A DNA stretch of 64,000 nt, taken from NCBI GenBank assembly GCA_964016885.1, contig OZ024742.1:173352001-173416000 (forward strand), written 5' to 3'. The notes under the pieces were generated by a model. It had not been told where the DNA came from. It searched no databases and saw only the letters and a list, made by a program, of their open reading frames with translations. Source of the stretch: Eledone cirrhosa. Taxonomy: Eukaryota. The position numbers were made by a program, and so were the translations under genes. The number at the start of each line of letters is the position of its first letter. Within the stretch, counting starts at the first letter, position 1. Shown in pieces: positions 22,915-37,900 of this stretch.

Positions 22915-23695
22915 GAAGGGCATGGGAAAGTCGATTAAATCGACCCAGTGCATTACTGGTGCTTTATTTTATCAACTCCGTAAGGATAAATAGCAAAGCT
23001 AACGTCATACATAAAGGGCCTAACTCTATGCTGCAAAGCATGATTTTCGACGCTCCACTGATTCTGCCAACCCAACGTTAATAATGATTTCCAGTATAGG
23101 CACAAGGCTAGTTATTTGCGGGGAGGGGAAAGTCGATTAAATCGACCTCAGTGTGTTACTGGTACTTTATTTTATCGACCCCGTAAGGATGAAAGATAAA
23201 GTTAACCTCGGCGGGATTTGAACTCAGATCATAAAGGGCTGCAACTCTATGCTGCAAAGCATAGTGTCCGTCTCTCTACTGATACTGCCAATCCACCGCC
23301 CTAACCCATCCTTAATAATGATTTCTTCTATAGGCACAAGGCCAGCATATTTTGAGGGAGGTGAAAATCGATTAAATTGAACTCAGTTCGTTATTGGTAC
23401 TTTATTTAATTGACCACGTAAGGATCAAAGGCAAAGCTAACGTCGGCGGGAATGGTACTCAGAACGTAAGGCGCCCGCAATTCTATGTTGACCCATTCTT
23501 AATAATTGTTTCTACTTCAGGCACAAGGCCAGCAATACCCAGTGCATTACTGGTACTTTATTTTATCGACCCAGTAAGGATGAAAGGCAGAGTTAACCTC
23601 GACGGGATTTGAACTCAGATCATAAAGGGACGTAACTATGCTGGAAAGCATGGCGTCCGACCCTCTACCGCTACTGCCAATCCATTCTTAATAAT
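22915..23695 (-). mobile_element. Cluster of four head-to-tail tRNA-derived SINEs
   Basis: On - strand: A-box-like TGGCAGTATCGG, B-box GAGTTCAAATCC, core gcctttcatccttacggggtcgataaaataaagtacc, tail ggccttgtgcc..gaaa(t/c)(c/a)attatt; units at about 22915-23075, 23080-23301, 23314-23490 and 23507-23681. Confidence 0.85.
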
Positions 23696-24954
23696 ACGAA
23701 ATATTTTGTGAAACATTACACATTTTGTTTCGTTTTCGTGTGTCCTAGTCATGTATTTTATATCATTGGTCATGAGATAATTCGGAATCTTACAAAAGAC
23801 GTGTACCAGTAGAGGAAAGTTATACCGAAATACGATTATTCTCTTGAATGCTGGCCAAAGATAGGACTCCCTTAGCTTAACTTAAGGATTGAATACTGGT
23901 GTTAAATCAGGCAATGGGTTTAGTTCTATAACCCTTGTCGAAACATACACTAAAATGTTGATATTATCAAAGCATCATTTTCCCCAATTTATCGTGAATC
24001 GGAGAATTTAAACAAAGAATATTATTTTTAATAATGTTATCAAATGAAATATTTTGAAATTAATAATAAAACTTGATGCTACTATGAATTCGTTAAGTGA
24101 TGTTTACTGTAACATTTCCGTTTGTTTGTGTATCAATCAATTACAAACAATTGTAGTCATATGATATTTGAACATATCACAAATTAAAATGTTAAATGTA
24201 TTCCAATATCAAGACTTAGCGGCAAGCAATTAAGTGAATTGTAATCTTATGAAAATACTCGAATATTTATTCTTTCGCAAATTCTTTTCGTCATTTCTTC
24301 TGTTATCCTATTTTAATATAGTTATGCTAATAGAACTCCATCGGCTTCGACGATTCCAGATAATCGACAAACAGAACGGCCTGCTCATGAAATTAATGGT
24401 TGAGCGTTCCGAAGAGAACTGTAATCATAATATATTTCTCGGTGATATTTAGCGTGCCATGCTCTGTGCCAATTATGAATCTTGGATCAAAGGTACATTC
24501 CGTCAACCCAACCTCACTATAAGGAATGAATCAATCTGAGACTATGGTAAATCACACTTGCTCAAGACATCACGCAGTGCGGTCATGATGTGTGTGATAG
24601 AAAAAGTCACATACAATATGTAGGCTGGTAAATTCAACACAGTTTTCATAGAAATGGCAGAGAGCGCTATAGGCTAAAATAAATAGTTATTAGGTAAAAT
24701 ATGTCCCACATCTTACAGAGTTAATTAGCCGTTTTGAAACCAACCCACGTGAAAGTATTCGGTTTTCTGATATAAAATAGTTTATTGAATAGTTTTCTCA
24801 TCAAAACCCTCCAAAACAATTTCATTTAATAGATTTATGCTAAGTAATATTTCAAACACAATTTTTCTAACACAAACAGTTTTTATCGCGTTAATTGATA
24901 CACATAGGCAGTGTACTACATTGGAAATACCGAAACAAATTAATAGTTTATAAT

Positions 24955-25420
24955 TCAAGCAAGATACCAGTAATGGTGAGAGGCAAAGTTATCCTCGACT
25001 GCATTTGAACTCACAATGTATAACACCGATATAAATGCTGCAAAATGTGTAACGCCGATATAAATGCTGCAAAATTTGTTCTCAGACACTAACGATGGTG
25101 CCAATCTATCTTTCTCTATGGTATGGTGGAGTCGTAAGGTCGCTGTGGTGGCATACATCGTTTCGTCGGCATTTAAACGCTTGTGGAGCTCATCAATCAC
25201 AGCAGATTTCTTCAAGAGAAAGATACAATGTGAGAGAGAGGAAGAGAAAAAGAGATATACAGGAAGAATCGACTCCAGTACTAGACTGGTACTTTTTTCA
25301 TAGACCTCGAAAGGATGAAAGGCAAAGCTCACCTCGGAACAATAAGAACTCAGAATATAAAACGCCTGTATAAATGCCGCAAAACAGTTTCTCAGATACA
25401 GTAAGGATTCCACTAAACTC
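24955..25420 (-). mobile_element. Two degenerate SINE copies
   Basis: ggcaaagtt..cctcg..atttgaactca at about 24982-25013; ctggtact..aaggatgaaaggcaaag..cctcgg..gaactcagaa at about 25286-25355. Confidence 0.6.
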
Positions 25421-25486
25421 TCTTTCTATATGGTAGTTATTAATTATTATCAGATGAGTCATGCCTCTATTATGATTTCAAATACT

Positions 25487-25672
25487 TGTTTCTACTTTAG
25501 GCACAAGGCCAGCATATACCCAGTGCATTACTAGTACTTTATTTTATCGACCCCGTAAGGATGAAAGGCAAAGTCAACCTCGGCGGGATTTGAACTCAGA
25601 TCGTAAAGGGACGTAACTATGCTTGAAAGCATGGCGTCCGACCCTCTACCGATACTGCCAATCCACCACCCT
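25487..25672 (-). mobile_element. Full-length tRNA-derived SINE with 18-bp TSD
   Basis: A/B boxes, core and tail present; TSD attatgatttcaaatact at 25469-25486 and 25678-25695. Confidence 0.9.
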
Positions 25673-26574
25673 TTTTGATTATGATTTCAAATACTGCTGA
25701 GTAAACATTGAATTTCATTCCTTGAAGGTCAATAAAATGTGTGACGGCAATCCATTCCAACCCCACTAAATGATCGATCTGAATTAAATCTAAGAATTTA
25801 TTATTAAAGCAAACCGGAAGATTAGTTTGCTTCTGGTGTTTTTTGTTTGTTTTAGTTTTAAGAGTGCCATTGTATTTGCGTGTATGTATTACTTCATATT
25901 GTTTGAACCTTGTGTCTCTTTTTCTACACATCGACTTTGATTTATATATTCATGCCTCTAAGGTATTTGTCTGCAACTCTTTACTTTAATATTTTATAAA
26001 TGTGTTGCTCTTGTGATAAGTAACTACATCTTTATATTTATAGTTGTTATATCTTGTTATTAGTGCTGTCGTTGTCTCATATGTTTGCTTAAATCATTAT
26101 TCGTGTGGCTTCTGTTGTTATTGTTGCGTTTGGTTGTTATGGTTTCAAGTATTGTTGTGAGTACTGTTGCTGTTGTTTTCTTTATTTACATGTATTACTT
26201 TTCATGTTGTTGTTGCTAATGATTTGTGGTTGTTGTTACTTTGGTTATATATTCTATGAATTATTCATGTTATTATTGTTGTTGTTGATTTATAATTTTT
26301 ATCTATTCTGATTCAGATCGCTGTTTTCTCATAGGTATATCCTTGTGTTAAATTCTTAAAGATTAGGTGTCCTTTGTATTGTGGTGAATTTATCCACTGA
26401 GTTCGTCTCAAAAGCGGTGAATTGGTAGAGTGACTAGAACATCGAATTCAACGCCTCATTTTATATTCCGGAACAATGCGATCTACATCCAAATCGCTGG
26501 ATCTATTCATAATTGTCTTTTTCAATGATTGAATATTCTTCCATTATACCATTTCGGTGAGCTAAAATTCCCAC

Positions 26575-26960
26575 TGAATACAAAATAAACACTTCTTCTT
26601 TCCAGATACATTCTAATGACATGTCCGTAATGTCAGAGCTGTGATCTCTCAATTCGGTGGGGTAGGACTCCAACTGGACCGATTATCTCATCTCCATGCT
26701 ACGCAGTCTATCAAGTAACGCAACTCCAAAGACCCTTCGGAAGAACCCCATTTCATCCACTTGTATTCGTGATCGTATTAGTTCGGCCATTACCCAAGAT
26801 TCATAGTCATGGAATAAGGGTTTGCACACATACCGAATTAAAGATATCGAGTTTGGCTATATTACATAACTCATTTCTTCTGATGACCGAATGCTGATGC
26901 TCACACCCAGCTCCTGCAATTTTTGCACTTAATTCAGCCTCCTATCTTTGATTACTCGTG
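26575..26960 (-). pseudogene. RTE-clade LINE RT C-terminal fragment
   Basis: Manual translation of the - strand gives YESWVMAELIRSRIQVDEMGFFRRVFGVALLDRLRSMEMR, typical of RTE post-RT regions. Confidence 0.7.
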
Positions 26961-27974
26961 AAATTACTTGAACTTGGAAGCGAAGGCGAGTCGAAAAGTC
27001 ATACATTGAGTCTAGGATATTTAAATCTTAGTGGAGCCAGTCTTCTCTAGGACTTTACTCAGCCGATTTCACCCATAGAGAGAAAGAGAGAAGTGAGAAA
27101 GATGTACACACATCGACAGGGTACTTCATTCAAAACTTTAATTATCGACCGCAAAATGATTGCGACAAAGTTGACAACGGTTGGAATTGATGTGAGAACC
27201 GGAGGAATAACTTGTATTTTTCTGTAGAATGTTCTAACCACTCTACCAATTCACACACTTTAGATAATTATAAATACCATAAAACGAACCGTTTTGAATC
27301 ACAAGACCAAGCGCAGGATCAGGCCTTTTTCTATCCAAAGAGTTAAAGTTTAAGGAATTTAAAAATAACAATGTGAATTGGAGGAAAGTCTTCACACTTT
27401 TTTACTTCCTTACTTCTTGCTTCTTACTACGTGACTGTGTGACTTAGTGGTTTGGCTGTTCTCTCACGCTTCTAAAGATGTGGGTTCCTTTACTGGTGGA
27501 AGATGTGTTCTTGACCAAGTCACTTTATTTCACGTGGCTTCATTCTACTCAGCTGAAAACCATTTAATTTACCTCTAATTAAGAGTGGTAAACATGTCAG
27601 ATATTGTGCCATGCAGAATCTACCTGAAACATACGTTATCGTTCTAAGTACATGTGAAATGCTAAAATACTTACTCTCACTTTCTTTACCAGGCTGTTCT
27701 GTCCTTCGACACTTGTATCACTCGTGCTCGGGGTATTCGAACAGTCAAAACACATTTAACTGTAACCTCGAAATAGAAGAGCAAGAACATGTGATTATGC
27801 ATATATGGATATCATCATATTTGATCATGCTTGATAGGGGAGCAATGCGGTGCAGTTTACAGGATGAAAGTAACTAATAACAAGAAATCGTGATGAACCT
27901 TCTTGCTGAAGAAAAGAATATAATGCTTTTAAATCCAAATGATAAATGGTGTAAGCAGTTTGCTTTTGTAAGTA

Positions 27975-28032
<58 letters not shown>

Positions 28033-28379
28033 GTGTGTATTTACGTTTGTGACGATATTTCTGATTATGTCACGCACCTAGAACTGTTCGATGACATGAG
28101 TTCCACTCTAGGAAATATACGTTCTATAGTCGATATGATCCAATACAAGCGATGCCTCAGCATGACCTCAGTCGTGTGACTAGAAACATTAAATCAATTA
28201 ACGAGTACTGATGTTTGAGTTATTGATAATTGGAAGTTAGTAGTTTGACACCTGCTCATAATTCTGTTTGGAGTTAGATCTTCATTTCCATATAGCCATG
28301 TTTCTTTTACGCTTAAGTTGGCTTATGCATCATAATAAACTGGACTTCGATAATACTGATAGTATCAGTTGTGGAGTGG

Positions 28380-28740
28380 ATGTGCAATGGATCTCCATCG
28401 GTTTTGACGATGAGCGTTTCATTTGTTCGATCAATTGAACAGTCTGCTTGTGAAATTAACGTGAACATTGATCAGCATTCAAAACAGGTGTACCCTTAAT
28501 GTAAGCCACAGCCTGATTCAGTGTGAATGAGTGACATGCCTGGCCCTTTACACACAAGGTAACGTCCATCCAATGTGCTTCCAAACATCTTCTGTGCATC
28601 CTATTTAACCCATAACACTTAGAGCAATCCGAGGCTATGTTATGTGAAATATAGCCTAGATTACATGCTGTGAGGTACAACTCGACTAATGGTTATGAAG
28701 CGAAACCCCTAACCATCCAGCTATGCTGCGTCCATGCACG
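28380..28740 (-). mobile_element. Old dispersed SINE-like repeat, second family
   Basis: Similar to 22230-22560 and 47060-47470 (cgatcaa..aacag.ctgct..aattaacgt). Confidence 0.45.
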
Positions 28741-29238
28741 CTACATAGTGTAGATCTTGACATAGTAACATACAAATGTGTTACGCAAACGAATTTATTT
28801 GGAATACCACACCTAGTATATTCAATCTTTGACATTGAGATTTATTGACTGTCAAAGCGAAAGCTACTCAAACTAGAAGGAAACTGTAATTACATATGAA
28901 TGAATGGCATAATGATAGGAGAATATCTCAGCTGATTTCATGACACAATGACATGTTTTTCATATTTATCATATTCAGTACCACTGGCGTCTTTAATCAT
29001 TTGTACATGGAAATTGATTATTAGAATTGTTATTTAATAGCTCTTATATCAGTATTACAATGGTATTACATAAGCATCGTTATAACAACGGTTATAATGT
29101 TTGCAGTATTTATTACCGCGTTCTGTATTCTCTGAGTTCAAATCACATCTAGATTAGTATTGGATTTCATCACTTTCAGGAAGATAAATATAATACCAAT
29201 CCAGTACCGGGATCAATTCTTCCCCATTCCTCTTTCTC

Positions 29239-29600
<362 letters not shown>

Positions 29601-29756
29601 TATAATATATAAGATCAAAAGATGGTTAAAGGAGTTCCATGTATTTTATTATGCGCATTTCAAAAACAAACATTATCATGCAATAATATTTGTGTTTTCA
29701 TCAGATAAAACAGGAGAACATGATATGAAGGCTAAAAAACACTTGTGGATAGTGCA

Positions 29757-29800
<44 letters not shown>

Positions 29801-30279
29801 GGGGGGGGGCGTGTGTGTATCTGTGTGTGTGTATATGTGTGTGCGTTTCTCTCTCCATATTCGCTCTCAGTGACTCTCGGAGAAATAGCTAATGATAAGG
29901 TCTAGAGAGGAATAGAAGTAGCAGCCATAAAATGTCTCAACGGCATCCATATTTATACACGGATGGTAACATACGTTACACTATATCTTTTTACCAGTTA
30001 AAGTTTTGAGAGTGTGCTGCTACTACACTGAAGTTGTAAGGTTTAGTCTCTTCATTCTATAGTTATTGATATCGTCATCACAATCGCGGGGATCAATAGT
30101 GTTGTGATTATTTTCACTCAGGTAAGTTGACTCTCCTCTATTACCATATCAACAATATACGGCGAATTGGCAGGCTAGTAAGCGCGTAATCACAGACACA
30201 TTCTGACAACCACATGCACACAAATGCACATACATATTTATATGTGGATACACGTGTGTATGCATACACACATATATAC

Positions 30280-30369
<90 letters not shown>

Positions 30370-30374
<5 letters not shown>

Positions 30375-32583
30375 TATACACCTATATGATAAAACTATAA
30401 ACATATATGAAGTTAATAATAATTTACACGACCAACTATTAATAGATAATATCACCTCTAAATACCAAATAGCTAATATAAATACGTACCATAATATAAA
30501 TAAGGAAGCTAAAGAATTAGCTGTTTCTTTAAAAATAGATAATAGGACAGAAAAACTTGCTAAACGTTCTGCGTATATCACCCATAAAGATCATAAACCC
30601 GACTTTATTAATCGTCCTAGTTGTAGATTAATCAACCCTGCTAAGACTGATATTGGTCTTGCCAGCAAAAACATTTTAAATAAATTAAATATACACATTA
30701 GAAGTAAGTCTAATTAACTCCAATGGATAAATAGCTCTTCTGTAGTATATTGGTTTAATAATATTAAAAACAAAATCAGTTCTAGATTCACCCAATTTGA
30801 CATTGTAGATTTCTTCCCATCTATTACTCAGACCCTTTTAGTGAAAGCTTTAAATTTCGCTAGAGGGTTTACTAATATCTCCGATATTGAAGAGAATGTC
30901 ATCTTACATGCTAGGAACACTCTACTTTTTAATGATAATGACACTTGGGTAAAAATATCTAACCCAGAGAACCCATTCGATGTCTCAATGGGCTCTTACG
31001 ACAGTGCTGATGTTTGTGATCTGGTCGGCCTATTCCTCTTACATACACTTAAAGAAAAATTTCCTAACTATATTTTTGGGCTTTATTGCGACGATGGTCT
31101 AATACTTTCCCATACCACTATAGGCCATAACTTAGATAGATTAAGGAAAGACTTAATAAAAACCTTCGCTAGTCTTAATCTTAAAATTACTATTGACACT
31201 AACCTTTCCAACGTAGATTTCCTAGATATAAACCTAGATTTGCCTACTGCTTCTTATAAACCATACCATAAACCTAATGAAAACTTAAAATATATAAATA
31301 AAGGATTTTGCCCGCCACCTATAGTTTTTAAAAACCTTATCCCTAATATTAGCCGTAGGATCTCCACCCTCTCTTCCTCAGAAGCTATGTTTAATAAGGC
31401 ATCCCCCTACTATAATAAAGCCCTCCAAAATAGCGGTTTTAGCGAACCTATTAAATACATACCTAACTATACTAACTCTATTAAACATAAAAATAGGAAA
31501 AGAAAAATAATCTGGTTCACACCCCCTACTCTCTAGCAGTTAAAACTAATGTAGGCAAACATTCCTTGAGCTCCTAGATAAACATTTCCCTAGAACACAT
31601 AGATACTATAAGATCTTTAACAGAAACTGTGTTAAAATTAGCTATTCCTGCGGTCCCCCTATTAAGTCCTATATCCTCAACAAAATATCACCTAGAGAAA
31701 ATCAAACTTGCTCCTGTAGAATCAAAAGTGAATGCCCATTACAAGGTAAATGCAACACCAAAGCCATTGTATATGCGGCTAAAGTGACAACCATCAGCAA
31801 CAACCATCCAGCCACCAGTGAACGATATGTGGGTATGACGCAAGACAAATTCAAAACGCGTTATTACTCACATGTCGCATCCTTTCGCCATCCAGAAAAA
31901 AGATTTACAACAGCTCTGGCTAGCAGAATTTGGGATTTGAAAGACCAAGGCATCCAATATAAATTAGATTGGCCAATTTTGAACCAATCTAAAGAATATG
32001 CTAGAGGAACAAGAAAATGCACGCTCTGCATAAATGAAAAATATTGGATATTGCAAAATCAAAATCACCAAAGACCTGCCTGAACACAAAGAAGGAAATG
32101 TTCACCAGTTGCACACACATGAAATCACACCTGCTTTCCAGCTCATATAAACTTAACACACTTTCAGATACTTATCCTCCATAAACTCTTATTATTCTTT
32201 TTAATTACCCTTTCTGACTAACTTTCATTTTTATCCTTGTCAATAATTTCATTTATTTTTATTCTTATTTTTTTATTTTTACTTCACCCCCCCCCCCCCC
32301 CATTTATTCTCCGATTCACTTTCCATGTTTTACTTCCCCTTTTTTTTACTTCATTTTTTCCTCCACTAACTGATTATACTTGTCTTTTGTGTTTTTCAAT
32401 CCAGATATATTTTTCATTTTTATTTTTATTTTTTATTTTTGCGCAGCCAATCTTACAATTTTATATTTGTACTTACTTATCCACAAGTTTTTTACACCCT
32501 GTATCAATATGGCTGAACGCCTTAATGTGGGTATACTTTTATATATGTACATGAGTGACTACGTATGTGCTCGCGCGTGCGTG

Positions 32584-32650
<67 letters not shown>

Positions 32651-33580
32651 ATATGTATGTGTGTGTGTGTATGTATATATTATGCGTATGTGTATATGTC
32701 TTTATATCCGTGTTTTTGACATCTCGGTGTTATGTTTTGTTCCTTTTTTCTCCCCCTCCCCTTTTTTTACTTACTCATTTTTATGCGTGTGCATGCAAAC
32801 ATGGCAATATGCGTGTGTGTAAGTATGTGTGTGTGTGTATGTACGTATCGTACGTATGGATGTGTAATTGCGCGTGTGTATATAAGCATGTATATTTTTG
32901 CGTTTCTTTTGTGAGACATGCGTGTCGGTGTATGTATGTACCCTTTTTTTGTCTTCTTTTCTTTAATTTTTTCTTTCTAAAATTTTGTCTTTCTAATTTA
33001 TTGTTACATTTTATAAATATATCGAGATTGATACTTCCCTTTAATTATTACACTCCCTTACCTCTTTTGCTACGCATCTAAGTGTACGTGTGTGTAGGTG
33101 TGTTTATGCGCGCGCCTTCATATTCATATACTTATGATGTAACTATTCTGTCTGTACATTACAGACATACAGATACATTTGCCCTAAATTTTAGATTTAC
33201 ACACACTTTTTCACTATACGTATACATATGTGCATACACATATATGCACATCTGTGAGCGTATATACATACATATACACACACCTAACTATATTTCTTGA
33301 TAGATTTTTATATATTTCAATTTCTAATTCATTTGTCTATACCTTTTCTTTTGATTTTCTTGATGAGTTTTTCTAAGTATTTACCCATGTTTTATATTGC
33401 CTCGTCTGACGAACGAATGAAGTCGTTTCTTTCGTATTCGTCTCATTCGGGAAACCTCTGGTAATGAGGTAATTATATTGTATTTATTTTTATACATTAA
33501 ATTTTGCTGTGATACTTACATAGTGCACTCTTCACTTCTATGACCTTTTCTGTTTCCAACGGAAATTTCAATACTTATAT
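30370..33580 (+). mobile_element. Penelope-like element (Naiad-type), 5'-truncated and decayed, between (TA)n tracts
   Basis: KDHKPDF..RLINPAK, FDIVDFFPSI, MGSYDSADVCDLVG, LYCDDG, FLD, IIWF.PP, KISYSC, CSC..CPLQGKC, GIY-YIG YVGMT..FKTRY, CTLC; stops and frameshifts; long 3' region with a hammerhead. Confidence 0.85.
33396..33473 (+). ncRNA. Type I hammerhead ribozyme in the Penelope-like 3' region
   Basis: Stem I attgcctcgt/atgaggtaat (10 bp, two GU); core CUGACGA; stem II cgaatga/tcattcg; GAAA; stem III ACC-ucu-GGU; GUA cleavage after 33463; first stem II pair is A-G (mismatch). Confidence 0.8.
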
Positions 33581-33596
33581 ATATATACATACAGAG

Positions 33597-33639
<43 letters not shown>

Positions 33640-33645
33640 ATATAT

Positions 33646-33712
<67 letters not shown>

Positions 33713-33846
33713 CATACATACATACATATATATATATATATATTTATTCAGAATAATAATAACTCCAGAAAAATCTCTGTAGAGTGCTTTTCATCTATTG
33801 TAAAACTATTTTCATTGAGTAATCAATGAGCCATATTAATATTTCG

Positions 33847-34439
<593 letters not shown>

Positions 34440-34914
34440 CTAGCAGATTTACCCGGCGTTGCCCAGGGTTTGAAATTATGCTAAGAATATACAGCTAGGA
34501 AGTAAAAGAAGAAAATGATTTGTCCCCAACCTATCAAAATAAGCGGAAGTCTTCAATAAATAACGCAAACGAATATTTAGTGCAATCTTTGTACACATGA
34601 AACTAAGCTGGTATTGAAGGAAAACACTGAACTGGATGTAGTTATACAAATAATTAATGATAATACACGTTGCAAATCTGTAAAAAAACAGGCAGTTTTG
34701 CTAAAGTACAACAAGTTGTAATGAAAGCAGAGTGGTATACAAACAAAAAACAATGAGAGTAGAATAAGAGAAAATGTTTTCTTTGAGAGCATCTTTGGCT
34801 GTGTATGGTTAAATTTTGAACTTATAATCCAAAATATCTTCGCATGACATATTCATTGGTATGTTTTGTAATGAGTCAGGTAAAGTCAAGGCAGAGCTGT
34901 AATAAGTGTTTTTG

Positions 34915-37900
34915 TTAACAATAAAGCACTTCAGGATAGACGATATTCTTTGTTTTTCTTTTTGGAACAAACGCAAAGAGATTATCTCTACTGCCAACTC
35001 GTGAGCCATCAACGTAGAATTGTCCGTGCGAAAAGCAAGGTTCATCCAAGTGAATTCCAGTGACGGACAGAGTTTGACCTTGCGACTTGTTTATGGACAT
35101 CGCAAAGGCAACACGAAAGTGAAATTGGGTTCGGTGTAAGGAGAAGGGAGTATCCACACCTGATGTAGTCAGACTAATTTTTGTTATCACATCCTCGCCT
35201 TTTCCACATCTGGATAGAATGGTAGCGTCAATACTAAGTGGAGACAGTTTTTTAACCACAAGGCGTGTACCATTGCTTAGTTTTGGAGGAGTGATATTTC
35301 TCAGCAAAATAACTGGCGTTCCCTCTTTCAGAACCAATGTACTAAGAGGTAAACCAGGAGGACTTAAAGAATTTGGAAATTCAACTGGATAATTGACCGC
35401 ATCCTGTGCATCACATACAGTATCAATAGATTTATATATCCGTGGACATCCAGGAAGAAGCTAAAGAAGCTGATCGTTAATACAGCTAAGCTTTACATTT
35501 TTGGGTGAAAGAATGGCTCTTTCGCATAGCCAATCAAGATTCATATAGTTATCACTCAAGTTCGGGAATACACTCGCCTTGAGATCATCGAGTGTTTCAA
35601 CTACATTGCAGATGTGATCCATTGCTATGTCTCAATCTGTATCCGGAGGTAGGTTACCATCTTCTATTGTAAGAATGTCTCCAGAAAATGTTGATGACAG
35701 AGGGTCCCCATGTAACCTTGCACGCATTATGGTAGTTAGTCTTAATGATGTAACTTGTCGCCTCAATGGTGAAAACTTAAGACATGTATTTACCGCATCT
35801 GCCCTTGTTCCTTTTGGTATTATAAGAAGAGTATGTCTGAAGTCTCCTGATAGCGAAAGGGTGACGCCCCCCATAACATCACTGCAATCCCGTATGTCTT
35901 GCAAAGACCTGTCAAGTGCCTCAAGAGCACCATTGTGCGCCATTGTGCACTCATCCCAAACAATAAGGTGACACATTCGCAGCAGATGAGCCCTTTCGGA
36001 GTCTTGGGTGATATGACAAGTAGGTGTTTCCAATTTTGCCAAATCAAGGAGCAATTTAAAAACTGAATGTGGTTCCCTTCCACCAGGGAGAAAGGTTGCT
36101 GCGATTCCAGAGGACGCAACTGCTATTGCTATGTCCTTATTCTGTCTAACCTTTGCAAGAAGTTTAGTAACCAAAGTTTTTCCTGTCCCTCCTGGATCAT
36201 CGAGGAAAAATATCCCACCTCTTCTTTGAAATACCGATTCAGTAATGGTGGTATAAGCCAGTCGCTGATCAGCTAGAAGTTTTGGCTCATTATCTGTGAC
36301 GTAGAGGCCGAGATCATGGATGTCATAAGATGTCTCCTGTATGATATATGTGGGAAGTTTTTTTGAGTCCGTGCGATGAGTTTCAGATAAACCGTAGTCA
36401 CGTAAAAACTTTCCTCCAATCAGAGCTAACTTATCCTCAATATCAATGGGAGCTCTGTTGTATAATTCATTACTAAAGTCGACCTCTATTTCTGGAAGCA
36501 GCAATTGTGCTTGGTGTCTGTAGTCGTCTGTTAGTTCATTCCTATATTTCATCCACAAGGACAGAGGATCAGATAAGTTGCACGAGTGCAAAAGTACCGC
36601 AAATAAATTTCTTAGGCTGGCAGGTGAATGTGAAAGAGCAACTTCCGCCATCGTTGCATCCCACTGCGAACCACCTTCCAGCAATCCATGCCTCAAACAT
36701 GCCTTTGTGTATGTTGAAAGAACTTGTCCGTCTAACCTTCGGAGATCATCAAAGCAGGTAGGCCCCCTGACCTCATGTAGTAGCATGCGAATATGGAAGC
36801 ACTCGTGTTGGTTTGGGGACGCAGTATAAACTCTGCCCAAGCACTCGTTGAACTTGATGCCTGGATAACCTTCGACACACTGTCCTGTTTTTCTTCGCTT
36901 CCATGTATTTTTGTCCCAGGTATAGTAAGATAGGACTTGTGGATATAGTAAGGTTTTAGCAAATTGATCTTCTTGACATAGTTTAAAGAAAGCGGTAACA
37001 GTAGTATCCTTTGGTTCTTGTGCTAAGTGAGCAGCTGATGCATTTGTAAAATATATTCTCTGACCGTTCTCCAGGTGCACTTGAAGTTTTGAACAGCAGA
37101 ATGCCGTTGATGTATAAAAACTCCGAAAATCCGCCAGAAAGCTTCATTAGAGTTAATGTACCTTCCAGTTTAGTACTGGGCCACTTCATCTCGGCTGTTT
37201 TCCCGAAGTAATCCAAACGTAGCCGCATCACAGCCTTTATTAATGTACTTACAAATGTATTGTATAGATTTAATCGAATTACAGTATTCTACTTTGATGT
37301 GTGCAACAAAAAGCTTTATAAGGAGTGGATTATATGGAACAACCCATCTGTTGTCAACCTCATGTTTGCCAACCCTTGCTGTGAATCCACCATCTTCGGG
37401 TCTTCTCCAGCGATATAGTGGTTATCCGTCATGGCCAGTCTCAGTGTCCTTAAGGTACTGTCGGGGAAATGTCTCTGAGCACCTAGACTTGTCCTTAACA
37501 CACAGTAGGTTGTTGTGAAATCCATGTCCACATGGGCCATTCACCATGTGTGCTGTAACTTTTTGGTAAAGGTCCCTGTCGATTGCCGGATCCGGAATCT
37601 CAGCAGGAATGACATTGTCAATTTCATCTGATCTAAGTTTTGTCTTTGACCAGATCAGAATGTGGGCATGTGGCAAGTCTCGTTTTTGCCACTCAATAGT
37701 AAGCATGTCACATTGTACTGGGCCAAAGATTTCACCTGTTTTGATAAGTTCCATAAGATTAATTAACTTAAGATGGAAAACTCTGGCAATAGGATCCCGC
37801 TTGTCTGTGGCATTTTGACCTGAAAAGAGTTCTTTCTGAATCTCTTCTCATTTTGGGTTTGAAATGAAAGTAATAAACAAATCTGGTTTACCGAAAAGGC

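Noticed and set aside
23507-23681. tRNA genes at A/B-box sites
   Set aside because: Boxes are embedded in SINE bodies with cores, tails and TSDs; no full cloverleaf.
30715-30717. Selenocysteine recoding in the first Penelope-like element
   Set aside because: The visible premature stop is TAA and is not at a Cys position; the linker cysteines are normal codons.
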